The notes under the pieces were generated by a model. The model was given only the letters and a program-made list of their open reading frames with translations. It had not been told where the DNA came from and did no database searches. The position numbers were made by a program, and so were the translations under genes. 64,000 nt of DNA from Eledone cirrhosa (Eukaryota). Below, piece by piece: positions 12,863 through 27,672 of this stretch (positions are counted from its first letter, which is position 1; each line of letters opens with the position of its first letter). The stretch is from NCBI GenBank assembly GCA_964016885.1, contig OZ024741.1, positions 382,044,001-382,108,000 of the forward strand, written 5' to 3'.

Positions 12863-13782
12863 GAAGAACTTCGATCGTGTTCCCACTCACTCGATGTTTT
12901 AATTAAGCTAATATCCTTAGTATGCTAACTCAAATGATAACTGAGTGTACACTGTAACGGTAAACACTGAGAAAAGTGATTTTGTGGAAAATTAGATTCT
13001 CTCTTCCCAGACCAATTAATAAGTTTCCACTGTTCCTCTGTTCATATGGAATGGCGCTCACAGAAAATTGGGTAATGCTATTATGTATTACACAATTCGG
13101 CTAGGGGCTGCTTGATCGGCGAGAAAAATGAGCCTCTTCTGAACAGTTTAGTATCTACCTACAGTGTTGGCTACACGTCGCCATTACAGTAATAATTGCC
13201 TCCATTCTCTGTATCATATGAACGTGAGAGGGAGGTAAACAGACATGTACTATATCATAGGATAACACTGGTACATTTTTTCAAAATGAAAAAATAAAAA
13301 AATAACCAAGAACCACTCTACCAGGGCTTCCAAGTAGAAAGCAAAGACAAAAACTGCTCGCAATTAATAAAATCGAACTTTAATAAACTGAGTAAATAGT
13401 TCAACCTACAATTTGTATGCTGGAAGTAAATAATAATAGTGAGACGAAGTAATTCGGATAGGACGGACGGAAGATATTCGATCGTTTTCCCACGTATTCG
13501 ATGTTTTAATTAAGCTAGTGTCCTTCAGATGCTAACTGATATGAAAACAGAGTGCACACTGCAACGTTAAATAGTAAGAAAAGTGATTTCATGAGGGTAG
13601 AAAATTAGATTTTCTCTTCCCGTATTAATTAATTCGTTTACACTGCACATCTGTTGGCGACAGTCCACGTGGAGTGGTGTTAACAGAAAATGTGGGATTG
13701 CTATTAATTACTACATAATTCAGCTATGAGCAGCTTTATCAGCGAGGAAAATTAACCTCTTCTGAATAGTGTAGTGTCTACC
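12863..13782. repeat. Two diverged ~300-bp direct repeats (~12863-13160 and ~13470-13782)
   Basis: Shared blocks TTCGATCGT..CCCAC, TCGATGTTTTAATTAAGCTA, GAAAAGTGATTT, ACAGAAAAT, GCTATTA and CCTCTTCTGAA.AGT. Confidence 0.75.
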
Positions 13783-15189
13783 TATATATATAAACAAATA
13801 TATATATATATATATGGGGGGGGGGGTCTGTGTGCGTGTGTGTCTGTGTGTGTGTTTACTAGCAGAGGTACCCGGTGTTTCACGGGAAGGAAAGTGGTCC
13901 TTATAACTTAGAAGAAGGAACAAAACAAGCAATATAGAAACTAATTATTCTAATTTCCGTATATTCTTCAATTGAGGTACGTGGTGAAATTAATTGTGAA
14001 TTCATAATACAAAAACAATTTTTAAAATTCAAAATACAAAACGTATCACTTTTATGAGATCTGAAAATTCGATCACATATTTTGAAGGAACATAGCAACT
14101 TCTGAATAAACAGAATGCTTTTTTGTCAGATTTGGGGCATACACAAATAAGCTTTGTAAAGTATCCACCCTGGATTATTAGGTAACGTGGTAACATCTAA
14201 AGAGGTTGTGGACAGTAAAAACTGTCTGCTTCCTGGCATCATCTTTTTTCAAAACTAAAATGTGGATTAAATGAGAAATGAGTGGAAATTACATGAATAT
14301 CTTCACCAGGGAGATATAAATCAATGACGAAGCTTATCTCATTGTAAACGAAAGTCTAGAAACTCATTGTAAACGGAACGCTAACATCATTGAGGAAGTA
14401 GAAGTCAGTGTGTTTTAATTTACCTCATTTATTTCTTACACAATCACTGTTATGGTTATTTTGGTAGCAGCTGTTACGTAATTGTTTCGAGATCATCAGA
14501 CAGCTGTTACATGACAGAAAGTTGCAAGAATAAAATAAATGAACAAATGTAAAAACAAAAGCCAAATTCATTCAGGCTCTTCCATTTAGTCATATGCCAC
14601 GGGAGGATCTTATATAAACAAGAAGTAAAGGTGTAAACATAGAGAAAGACTTATCGAATAGTTAATCTATTAAGAGTCCTGAAGGTTTGAAACCCGAGTA
14701 TCCGCATGAACACCTAAATGTTCCAAACTACATATTCAACTGTCATTTATCCGTCGAGCCCCATTTTCTGGTAAACCCGCACGCTCTCTGAAGAATATTT
14801 CCTTAGTACGAATTTTGCTTAACTAAGGAAATTCGCGCGGCTGTTTAAAAGTCACACGTGTTTATATTTCTACCTCAAAAGATTTAAATATGTGTTTCTA
14901 ATGTATCAGTTAGTCCCCCTGAGGTAGGTTGTAAGTCAAAATTATACTAGCATACCCTTTAAAATCGAGAATCGAATTAAGCAGTTATAGCTGATCTATT
15001 CAAATCTTCTTCTTGTTGAACTAATAATTTCCTATTAATAAACAACCAGTAGCAGGTGCATTGCAGGCATGCATGTGCTTCTTAGAGAACCAAAAGCCTT
15101 ATCTGGTCCAAAATTTGTTTAAAACATAAGCAACTTTATTTCACTGCGTGTGTTACTTCAATTGATACTAACTCACTAGAATCGACAAA

Positions 15190-15371
15190 TAATAGTTTCT
15201 ATTTTGGCACAATGCCAGCAAATAACCAGTACATTACTGGTACTTTATTTTATCGACCCCGTAAGGATGAAAGGCAAAGTCAACCTCGGCGGGATTTGAA
15301 CTCAGATCGTAAAGGGACGTAACTATGCTGGAAAGCATGGCGTAGACCCTCTACTGATACTGCCAATCCAC
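15190..15371 (-). mobile_element. tRNA-derived SINE (same family as 11023)
   Basis: Reverse-complement match to 11023-11200. Confidence 0.85.
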
Positions 15372-16724
15372 AAGGAATAGCGTTTAAACAGTGTGGAATA
15401 AAACGTATTCATCTATTTGAACTTTGTGTAACACCTTTCTATATATACCAAAATAACTGTTTCAATATTCTCTCTATTCATGTGTCTTTCTAATAAACCA
15501 TCAACTCATTAAAACGGAATACAGTATCGCAACATTAAACTATGATTTATCTAGCCAGCGTCTAATGTTAATTTTCCTTTAGAACAGAATGACATACGTT
15601 CTAATGCTAAAACTCTTTAAATCCACAATATTCAATTTTGCCTCGCTAGCCGATTTCAAGTTTTGTAACTAGGAAACAACTTCAGTATTTATAGAATAAG
15701 ATAATGTATCATCATTTAGATCCGGTGATTTGTTGTGTAAGCTTTCATGCAAAAATAGATTACTTGTATGTAGCAGGACATATAGGAAATGAATAGGAAT
15801 TTGATGCTGAAAGTTTTCACAATAATACAATCTCGTTTGTAAAGTTGGCAACTACATGATCACAGTATGAATGTCATGCTTAAATTTCAAAACTGCTTTC
15901 GGCTCTTGTCCTTCATAATGTCAAAACATTCACATCGAATTATGTAACTTGAATATATAGTGTTTAGTCATCAATAATTGTGCGCACGTTAAAATTATTC
16001 TGAATTTTATGGTCAGGCTTTTCGCTTAAATATTTGCATATATAGATTTCAACCAATTTATAAATGTATGTCTCCAATGCTGTATTCATATTCATGAGAC
16101 ATTATCAGGCTTATGATATACATTCTAGTATGATATGCATATATTGCAGTTGAGGAACATATTTCCAATGCTAATTATAAATGCTACGTTCATCATATGC
16201 ATTTAATTGTTCATTCTATTATAAAGTTGATTCTAATTGTAAGGAAGAATTAACTCAGTACTGCCCTTAACAACTGTTGAAAAAGAATATTACTCTGTAT
16301 ATGAATTCGGTACAGTATTGCGGAAATTCGCAATGTTTCATGTCCAATTTCAAAATCAAAGTAACTATACGAAAAGATTGATAATATTTTAAGTAATAAC
16401 ATTTTGAAACTCTTTTGAAATATATTTTGAAACTCTTCAGATCGATAGTATGAATGTGCAAAATATATTGAGTAAAGCTACAAAGGAGTAATCTAATTAG
16501 TGATGGCGACGGCTACAAATATAGTCATGTTAGGTATTTAAACCTGTGGATATCATATGATAGACTGGACCCTCAATAAATCAATTTAACGGGAAGTCGA
16601 ATGTACATTCAAAGAAATAACAAGAACCGAGAAGTTAGATCGCAGATATAAAAGACAGCGGGAAGCGAAAACCAACCAAACAGTGAGTGTGTTCTGTTAT
16701 TAATTCTGGCAATATTACGCAAAT

Positions 16725-19700
16725 ATGACCCTCCCCAAGTATAACAATATCTGTTTCGACACACGATTTCATATAAAAAACCTCGCTAAACTAATTCATC
16801 GCCGCTACGGCATTAGCTTGTGCCAAGCTGAAAGGTTATTGAAAGACACTGTTTTCTGTTATATAAAAACTACAATAACAACAGAACAAATCCGCTTCTT
16901 AAAACACTGTGTTTCCTCCAAAACATACACAACAAACATATCAAAACAAGTAAATAATTTATTATTGAACAAAACACAAGCCGAACGGCTAAAACACACA
17001 ATAACGGTCAATATGAAAAGAACAACATACACAAAAGTCAACGCACTCTACAGACAAAAACGCATCAACGGTAAGGAAATCCGAAATCTCATCACAGCAA
17101 ACGAGAGAGACGACTTCATGAGCGTCATCCGACGCGAAACGAAATATGCTCAAAACGAATGCTGTAGGCATTTCAAGAAGAAATTAGAATGGATGAATAA
17201 GAAAAAACTACAAGAAAGGAAAATCGAATATTCTCAAAAATACCCAGATAACATCGACAATATCCGTATGACTGATGTAAAACTACCGGAAGAATTTACC
17301 AATGACCACACAGTAAATATCTATGGGAACACTTTAATCAGTGAACAAGAACAACAAATCCTAAGGTTCCCACCAAAATTTGCCATCTACAAAAAGATTA
17401 ACCCTATGGAATGCAAAACGGAGCTGGAAAAGTGTTTCACAAAAATACGTTGGAATGCAAAGGTAAACAACAACAACAATAATAACGGTAGTAGAAATAT
17501 AAACAATAACTCTGGGTATAGAAATAACAACCATAACCATAACAATGGCAGGAAAGTGAGAAATAGTGATAATGGCAATAATACTAGCGATAGACGGAAC
17601 AACAACCACAATAATAATAATAATAGAAACGTTAACCACAGACACAGCAACAGTGACCACAGTAGTAATAACGGTAACAATACGAACAACAACAACAATA
17701 ACCACAGTGGTAATAATGGAAATAGTACATGTAGCAACATCAACAAAACAAGAAACATAATAATAGTAACAACCACAATGGTAGAAATAACAGTAACAAC
17801 AACAACAATAACGGTGAAGTAAACAACAATACATCTAGCAATCATAACAATAATAATAATGCTAATGATAGAAACAACAACAACCACCATGATAACAATA
17901 ATAGCAACACACACAACTATGACGATAGAAATAACGACAACCCCTTAGAGAAACTATTTTTCAACCCAGCTGACAAATCATATAAGATGGGTAATATCTA
18001 TCCTACGAGGTTACCCTTTAATAAAAGAGTTTGCATACCACAGCAAATAGATGACGAGACGGAGGCACAGTTCACCATAGCTAGAAATAAGATTAGACAA
18101 GTAGTAGACAGGTATACTATGAGACAGAGCAGACCAGAGGCCCAACAACTTGGGAGAAAACCTGTAGAAGGCTTGGTTAGCCTCAAGCAGCGCACAAGGG
18201 ATGGTGAGGTAGTGTGTCTACCCACAGATAAGTCTGGTAGGATGTCAATAGATAGCATGCCGAACTACATCGAGGCAATGCAACCCCACATCACCAACAC
18301 GAGCGAAGTTGCACAACTAACACACGATGGGAGAGAAAAAATCCTCAACGCTCACATGATGATGTGGACTGACATCCTAAAGCCAAGCAGACGCACTGCC
18401 AACAACTTCCAGGCGTCTAACAATGGCATACCACCCTTGTATGGGCTACGCAAAGACCACAAGACAGTCGACGACCCGACAACAGGACCACCAACAAGAC
18501 CCGTATGCGGAGCTAATATAGCTAGCAACTACAGGATCTCCTACTTCCTCTCAATGGTTATACGCCCCATAATCAAGATGTCCCCAGATGTATGTGAAAG
18601 TACAGAGGACCTCCTCAGCAGAATCAGTGAGTGCAACAAAAACAGGAGCCTATCCAACTGCATAATAGGCAGCATGGATGTGGTGTCACTGTACCCATCC
18701 ATTAACATTGATTTTGCTATGAAAAGATGTGTGGAGATGATCATTGAGAGTGAGGTGGAGTTCTGCGACATCGACACAGACGAACTGGGCCTCCTACTTA
18801 GACTTACCTACGACACTGACTACCTAGACAGCTATGACCTTGATGTTTCTGCCCTAGTAGACCTATAAGAGGTACACCCCCCACCATAACCTCAATGGCT
18901 AAAAAGACTCCCATAGGAAGGTGGATTGGGTGGACCAAAGCTATACGGACCACCAAAACACTGATCAGGTAAGAAAAATGGTCGCACATGCAATAGGGGC
19001 TAGTATCAAAACTACACTAAAGGGCCACATATTTAAGTTCAATGAGAAAATCTACATCCAAAATGAGGGAGCAGCCATCGGCGTCAGCATAGCTAGTGAT
19101 GTTGCCAACCTTTTCATGGTATGGTGGGAAAGGAGATTTAAAGATCTCCTTAATGAAAGCTTCATAGACCTCATCATGTACTCTCGTTATGTAGACGATA
19201 TCAATATAGTTATAAGAACACCCCCACTAAAGAGCACTAACAAGTTTGATTTAGAACGTAGCACGATGGAAAGCATCCAGCAGATAGCTAATTCCATACA
19301 CCAGAGTATAACTGTAACTATCGGCTTCCCTTCCAAACACCCTAACAATAGCCTACCTGTATTAGACACAGAACTCTGGATTAACACTATAGACGAGAGA
19401 GCCCAAATTCTCCACTCACACTATGCTAAACCCATGGTCTCCAAATACCTGATACTCAAAAACTCAGCAATGTCCAGTAGTGCTAAGTTTAATATTATGA
19501 TCGCAGATTTGGTACGAGTGATGAAGAATGTGTCCAGCATGTGCGACCCAACAGAAATGGAAAGACACATCCAACACTTCATCAACCGCATGCAGTTCTC
19601 TGGCTACAACCAAAGAGACAGAGTCAGAGTATACGAAGGAGCCATGGAAAAGTATAAGACCCTCATAGAACTGGACATGAAAGGAATTTGCTCACTATAC

Positions 19701-20344
19701 AGGAGCAAATCATGGAATAGCTTAGATAGGGCTAGACATAAGATAGGGAAGGCCACATCATGGTACGACAACCAGAGATATCAGAGTGCCATGTTTGTGG
19801 ACGCCACCCCTGGAGGGAAATTAGCTAACCAGTGTAGAACGGCCCTGAGAAAGACCCACTTAAAAATAAAGGTGGTAGAAAAGCCAGGAACCACCATAAA
19901 ATCCCTGATCAGCAAAACCTACCCTTTTAAGAAAACCCACTGTACCAATAGGAAATGTATCATATGTAAGGTGAACCCCGGATAAAATGTAAAACTAGAA
20001 ACGTAGTCTATAGCATAAGATGTACAGAGGGTACTTGCAGAAACATGACAACAACATACATAGGTGAGACAGCTCGTAGCATAGGTGAAAGGATAGACCA
20101 ACACTGGGGGGAACTAAAAGGACGAAAAAACGGGTCAGTACTATACGAACATGCTAGACAACAACATGACGGTAACATAGACAACATAGAAATTAGAATA
20201 ATATCTAAACATAGGAATGACCCAGCAGATAGGCAAATCAGAGAGGCCAGTGAAATAGAAATTAGAAGACCAAAGCTAAACAGAAAGAATGAGTGGAACA
20301 ACAACAACACCCAAACAAACAACACTGACCTAAGAGAAGTATAA
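16725..20344 (+). pseudogene. PLE-B polyprotein (N-terminal domain, Asn-rich tract, RT, GIY-YIG), several frameshifts
   Basis: ORFs 16725-17822, 17987-18868, 18921-19985 and 20045-20344. Confidence 0.85.
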
Positions 20345-20625
20345 ATAAATAAGTAAATTAAATAAAATAAAATAAGATAAATAAATACATACACAAGCAC
20401 AATAACAACAAGCACATAAACACACACTAGTCACCCAGCAGACACAACACTATACACACTAGTCACACAGCACACATAACACTATACACACACGCAAACG
20501 CATGCGCAAAGAAGACAAAATAAAATAAGATAAACAAACAAGCAAATAAATAAATAATTATATAGACAGACTGAATAAAAAATGGCGTAGACATACAACA
20601 CAACAGGAGGAACAATGGATATAAC

Positions 20626-20666
20626 ACCACTGACGATGTTGCAGATGTGCAACGAAAGATTTATGT
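20626..20666 (+). ncRNA. Degenerate hammerhead ribozyme in PLE-B pLTR
   Basis: CTGACGA-T-GTTGCA GATG TGCAAC-GAAA-GATT-TA-TG. Core and 6-bp stem II are intact; stem I is weak. Confidence 0.6.
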
Positions 20667-20917
20667 AAATTATGTAAACTATATATATGTGTTTGTGTCT
20701 ATATTGTATCTGTATTATTTTTGACCGTCGGTCAGTCAATGGCAACATTGAGGACCGAGTAAGTTAGATCGCAGATATAAAAGACAGCGAGAAGCCAAAA
20801 CCAACCAAACAGTGAGTGTGTTCTGTTATTAATTCTGGCAATATTACGCAAATATGACCCTCCCCAAGTATAACAATATCTGTTTCGACACACGATTTCA
20901 TATAAAAAACCTCGCTA

Positions 20918-20999
<82 letters not shown>

Positions 21000-21245
21000 G
21001 TGTATATATATATATATATATATAGTAATAATAATAAATTTGAAGACTAAAATCCAAAGAGGGTTCGATAAGGATAAATATATATCAAATATATAAGAAC
21101 CGTAGAGCAAATATTTATTAAATAACAGATTAAAGTTTAACCAAAGAATCGCTAGCGATTCCATGCTTAAATCTTAATCTGTTATTTAATAAATATATAT
21201 ATATATATGACAAGTAAGTATGTTTTGAAACAGTGAGCAGGTTTG

Positions 21246-21532
21246 AAATTAGAAAATAGAATAGCTTTCACCGTATTTTTGACTAAATACATTTTAGCCT
21301 GATAATGGGGTTTAGAACCCTCAGATAAATGGAAAAAGATGAGTATTGATGTACATGGGAGTCGAACCCAGATCTTTGGTTATCCAGACCACTGTGCTAC
21401 CATTAAACCAACACATCACTCATGTACATCAATACTCATCTTTTTCCATTTATCTGAGGGTTCTAAACCCCATTATCAGGCTAACATTTCTTTAGTTAAA
21501 AATACGGTGAAAGCTATTCTATTTTCTAATTT
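21246..21532. mobile_element. Fold-back element with ~115-bp inverted arms around a tRNA-like head
   Basis: 21246-21362 is the reverse complement of 21418-21532. The element lies between (TA)n tracts. Confidence 0.85.
21347..21417 (-). other. tRNA-like sequence (SINE-type Pol III head, not a bona fide tRNA call)
   Basis: GATGTG acceptor pairs with TACATC. A box TGGTTTAATGG, anticodon arm TGGT-CTGGATA-ACCA, T arm TGGG-TTCGACT-CCCA, and TTTTT about 10 nt downstream. Confidence 0.7.
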
Positions 21533-21594
21533 AATATATATATACATGGTGTCTCCAAAAATGTGCACGTCTGGGACACCCTGTATATTTATAT

Positions 21595-23020
<1,426 letters not shown>

Positions 23021-23021
23021 A

Positions 23022-23722
23022 GGTATATGGTCTTTAAAGCGATGAAATACCAATAATTGTTGGAAGATCGCTGTTGAAGGACTAATTTATTCATATGTAA
23101 CCCATTTGCAACCACGCAACACGTTTGTTCTCATATTCACACATATATCTTTCACCGCTATGACCCGTCTATTTCGTTCTTACTGCTTCCTCTTTCTCTG
23201 TATCTTTACCCTCTCTAACAGTCACTCTGTTAGCCTCTTCCTCACCCTTCACTCACTCACTTTCTGCAACTACCTCTCCTCCTTCCTCCCGTTTGACCTG
23301 TGCGTAATTCTTTTCTCGGGCACGCTTGACCAGGCTGGTTACACTTTCTCTCTCTCGTCTACGATTTCACAGAACTTATGTTCATCGAATTCACGGACTG
23401 GACTCCTTCTTCCTTCCGTTTGACTTGTGAGGAATTCCGTCCTTGCTCACATTTCGACTAGGTTTGATGGTCTTTATTCTCTCTCGATCACGATTTCACC
23501 GAACTTATATTCATGGAAATCTGTGACTTGACTCTTTCTTCATCACTTTTCGTTGCTTTACCATCTTTGTTTGTTTACACTCTCGCTCGTTCCCCTTATT
23601 TACGTGTCCCAACGACTTTCTTTAGCCGTTGCTCGCACCGACCGTAGGTATATGGTCTTTATAGCGATGAAATACCAATGATGGTTGGAAGATCACTGTT
23701 GAAGGACTAACTTTATTCATAT
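23022..23722. mobile_element. ~700-bp non-coding element with ~75-bp terminal direct repeats between (TA)n tracts
   Basis: GGTATATGGTCTTTA.AGCGATGAAATACCAAT...CTGTTGAAGGACTAA at 23022 and 23648; internal ~60-bp repeat at ~23348 and ~23478. Confidence 0.7.
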
Positions 23723-23724
23723 AA

Positions 23725-23784
<60 letters not shown>

Positions 23785-23795
23785 CTGTACGTATG

Positions 23796-23840
<45 letters not shown>

Positions 23841-23848
<8 letters not shown>

Positions 23849-25153
23849 GAATAATCGAGTATCGAAAAATCGGCGCACGAGTTCACGATAAACAAAATTC
23901 GAGATGAGCGGCAGAGGGCTCCATAATTCAGATAAATCAGAGCTATAACTATCGTTAAAATACCGTCACACGTAGAATATGTCTACAATCAACCAAACGA
24001 CCGAAGAATTGCGATATTGAAGATTCGGGACACTCAGATAAATTATCAATAAATCAATAAATCAAATGAATGTAAAAAGCATACCCGGACCCACTAGAGA
24101 GATGGTATATCTAACTTCTTGGGTTTCTGTAAATCCTTAAACTGTCCTCCATCAGCTCACATAAAAATATAAGACTTATAGACGACGGGGGACTGGAGTT
24201 TACTTCTTCAACGAGCTTTAGTCCGAACGAATGAAAAGACAAATCCCAGGCTGAAAATACGCACATGGATTTCAGCAAGGGAGATAACCTTTATATCCGC
24301 AAAAAATATTCGGGAAAATGTGGAATAACACATATCGAATAAGAGTGCTCAATAGACATGTTAAAATAAACAGGAGCTATTCATAATTTAATAGAATCGA
24401 CAAAAAATGAACAATAAAATTAACTGGTCAATAGCTAGGTCTAGAGCTAAATATAGTAGAATAATCGAGTATCGAAAAATCGGCGCACGAGTTCACGATA
24501 AACAAAATTCGAGATGAGTGGCAGAGGGCTCCATAATTCAGATAAATCAGAGCTATAACTATCGTTAAAATACCGTCACACGTAGAATATGTCTACAATC
24601 AACCAAACGACCGAAAAATTGCGATATGGAAGATTCGGGACACTCAAATAAATTATCAATAAATAAATAAATCAAATGAATGTAAAAAGCATACCCGGAC
24701 CCACTAGATAGATGGTATATCTAGCTTCTTGGGTTTCTGTAAATCCTTAAACCGTCCTCCATCAGCTCACATAAAAATATAAGACTTATAGACGACGGGG
24801 GACTGGAGTTTACTTCTTCAACGAGCTTTAGTCCGAACGAATGAAAAGACAAAACCCAGGCTGAAAATACGCACAGGGATTTCAGCAAGGGAGATAACCT
24901 TTATATCCGCAACAAATATTCGGGAAAATGTGGAATAACACATATATCACATATTTTTTTATGTGTTTGACACGAATTACTTGGTCGTTTCTATGGCTGT
25001 GCGGATGACGGTTTAACCATCGTCTCAGTGTGTTTGGCCTTTAACGTATGTTGTAGCTCTGGTTCGTCAGAATTATTGACCGCTTGCCACACATCTCGGA
25101 AGTTGCTTTTCGCTAATTTCAAAGCCGAAATACGATTCTCGCTAATTTATATT

Positions 25154-25156
<3 letters not shown>
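23841..25156. repeat. Partial tandem of a 610-bp unit between (TA)n tracts
   Basis: ATATAGTAGAATAATCGAG starts at 23841 and 24451. The copies are near-identical over ~490 bp; a third copy starts at 62937. Confidence 0.9.
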
Positions 25157-25229
<73 letters not shown>

Positions 25230-25341
25230 TAAGAGGAATTCCAACTTTGTCTGATTTACTCGTTTTATTTACAATCCTTTAAAATTTATAATGGTATTAT
25301 AATGAAATAGTATGATAGAATATTAAATTCTAAGTGTTAAT

Positions 25342-25380
25342 TGAACAAGTACTTTCATGCTTTCGCAATCTTCAGGTTCA
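25342..25380 (-). ncRNA. Hammerhead ribozyme (inverted PLE-A pLTR)
   Basis: Reverse complement of 27430-27468. Confidence 0.8.
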
Positions 25381-27257
25381 TAATATGTGGTGACAGTCAA
25401 GTTTGCAATTTTCAACTGTAATAAGATGGGTAAATTTCCTACCTTTTATACATTTTATACAGGGAAAAGTGGCTCCAGAGTGCTAAGCCCTGTAAACTGC
25501 ATTTCGGCCAATATAGCTGGTCCAACATGCCGCACCCACCGTCTAAGCAATTTTGTTGACATTATTTTGAAACCACTATGTATTCACATACCCAGTTTCA
25601 TCCGGGATGATATCGACTTCCTGTCCCATCTTCCCAAAACCACGAAAACGAATTCACTTCTACTCAGTTTTGATGTGGTAAGCCTTTACACCAACATTAC
25701 ACATGATTTAGGAATAAAGGCGGTTAAATACTGGGTGGAAAAACATAGAGAAGTGATTCCCATCACATTCACAGCGCCATTTATATTAGACGCAGTTAAA
25801 CTTATTCTGGAAAACAACACTTTCTTCTTCAATGGAAAGAATTACATCCAAATTAGAGGCACAGCGATGGGAACGAAGATTGCTCCCGTTTACGCGAACT
25901 CTGTAATGGAATACTTAGAACAACAACTCTACCAAGAAATAGAGGAAAAATATAGTACTGACTTTAGAAAGTACATTGAAAATCTTGGAAGAGATACCTT
26001 GACGACTGTTTCATCATCTGGACAGAATCTCTAGATACTCTGGATGAGTTCAATATCCTCCTGAATAACCTACACCCATCTCTCCAATTCACAAAAGAGA
26101 TGACTAGGACCAAATTACCATTCCTAGATATAATGATAATCAAAAACGACACCACCATTTTCACGGATATATATTATAAACACACAGACACCCATCAATA
26201 TCTGAATTTTAAGTCGTGCCATCCACAGCATACAAAACACAACATCCCATACTGCCTAGCCAGAAGAATTTGTACCATTGTAGAAGATACGAATACCAGG
26301 TACAAACGCCTAACAGAACTAAGAGAATCTTTGCTCATACAAAAATACCCATCTCTACTTATAGAAAATGGCTTACAGCGCGCTATAAAAATACCTATAC
26401 AACAACATAGGACAACCCAAGGAACAAGAAACGAAGAACTGCTCATACCATTTATAATGACACACAACCCATGTCACCAGAATATCTTCAACACTGCCAA
26501 AACAAACCTACCGATCATTGCTCAAAGTAATGAATTAAAAGGCTTAATCACAGATCGATCTTTGACTCTTAGTAAAAGACAGCCGAAAAATTTGAAGCAA
26601 TTACTAACAAAAGCAAAGTTTGACCTTACCAACAAAGACCAATCATTCACTGTATCTAAATGCAATGATAGTCGATGTCGCAGATGTCAATCCATACACG
26701 CCGGTCAATATATGAAAAGAAAAACTGTAAAAATATTCCCAAATGCAAATATGAACTGCAAAAGCAGAAATCTAATTTACTGCATTAAATGCCCGAATTG
26801 TGAAGAACTATATGTCGGTCAAACTGGAAATGCACTATCGGAATGTGCACGGCTACACCGTCAACAAATCAGAGACCCAAATGTCCGTCAGATACTCCTA
26901 AGTAACCATCTAGCAACATGTGGTCAGTGAATATTTATAATATTCCCATTCTACAAATTACGCAGCCCAAGTGAAATCAAGAGAAAAATCAAAGAAAAGA
27001 ATTTTATTGATTAATTCGAACCCAAGATAAATGAACAATAATAACACTTAGGGCTATTACTTCTACTACCACTATGACTACGACCACTAACATCAACAAC
27101 AACAACAATAATAATAATAATAATAATAAAAGTGATGTTGAGTGTGATGACTAATAGAAAATGCTATTTTCATCATTTCTAAAAATAGCAAAACAATTGA
27201 TGCTTTGGATATGATTAATTATTGGACGTTAGACATGCTCAACCAGCCGTGACGCTT

Positions 27258-27400
27258 AAACCAATCAGCTTTAGTAATTCTGTGAAACTACACACTGATT
27301 GGTCGAAATAAAGTTTGCAGGGCTTAGCACTCAGGAGCCACTTTTCCCTGTATAAAATGTATAAAAGGTAGGAAATTTACCCATCTTATTACAGTTGAAA
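27258..27400 (+). promoter_or_regulatory. Putative Pol II promoter in PLE-A pLTR
   Basis: CCAAT at ~27261, inverted CCAAT at ~27298, TATAAAA at 27351 and 27360, Inr-like ACAGTT at ~27391. TATA and ACAGTT are kept in the diverged copy at ~5650-5690. Confidence 0.45.
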
Positions 27401-27429
27401 ATTGCAAACTTGACTGTCACCACATATTA

Positions 27430-27468
27430 TGAACCTGAAGATTGCGAAAGCATGAAAGTACTTGTTCA
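27430..27468 (+). ncRNA. Minimal type I hammerhead ribozyme in PLE-A pLTR
   Basis: TGAAC-CTGAAGA-TTGC GAAA GCAT-GAAA-GTAC-TT-GTTCA, with palindromic stem III. Confidence 0.82.
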
Positions 27469-27672
27469 ATTAACACTTAGAATTTAATATTCTATCATAC
27501 TATTTCATTATAATACCATTATACATTTTAAAGGATTGTAAATAAAAGGAGTAAATCAGACAAAGTTGGAATTCCTCTTATTAATATAATCTTCTATACA
27601 CAATCATACACACCCGTGTATATTTACCTATCTATATATATATATATATATTCCTATTGTGTATATGCCAAC

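Larger units (their letters stand above)
16625..20922 (+). mobile_element. Penelope-like element family B, near full length, with terminal direct repeat
   Basis: N-terminal ORF 16725-17822; RT 17987-19985 (YGLRKDHK, RPVCGA, MDVVSLYPSI, GAAIG, SRYVDD); Cys linker CTNRKCIIC; GIY-YIG (VVY..YIGETARS). 16625-16792 is repeated at 20753-20922, followed by (TA)n. Confidence 0.92.

Noticed and set aside
13858-14900. Helitron/HINE-like start ACTAGCAG..ACCCGG..CACGGG
   Set aside because: Only a short terminal motif; no matching end or second copy was found.
23841-24943. CRISPR array or satellite
   Set aside because: Long unit, fewer than two full copies, no repeat-spacer pattern, eukaryotic context.
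26928-26930. In-frame TGA as selenocysteine (as in Naiad PLEs)
   Set aside because: The paralogous copy has GGA (Gly), and the endonuclease is C-terminal; a simple nonsense mutation.
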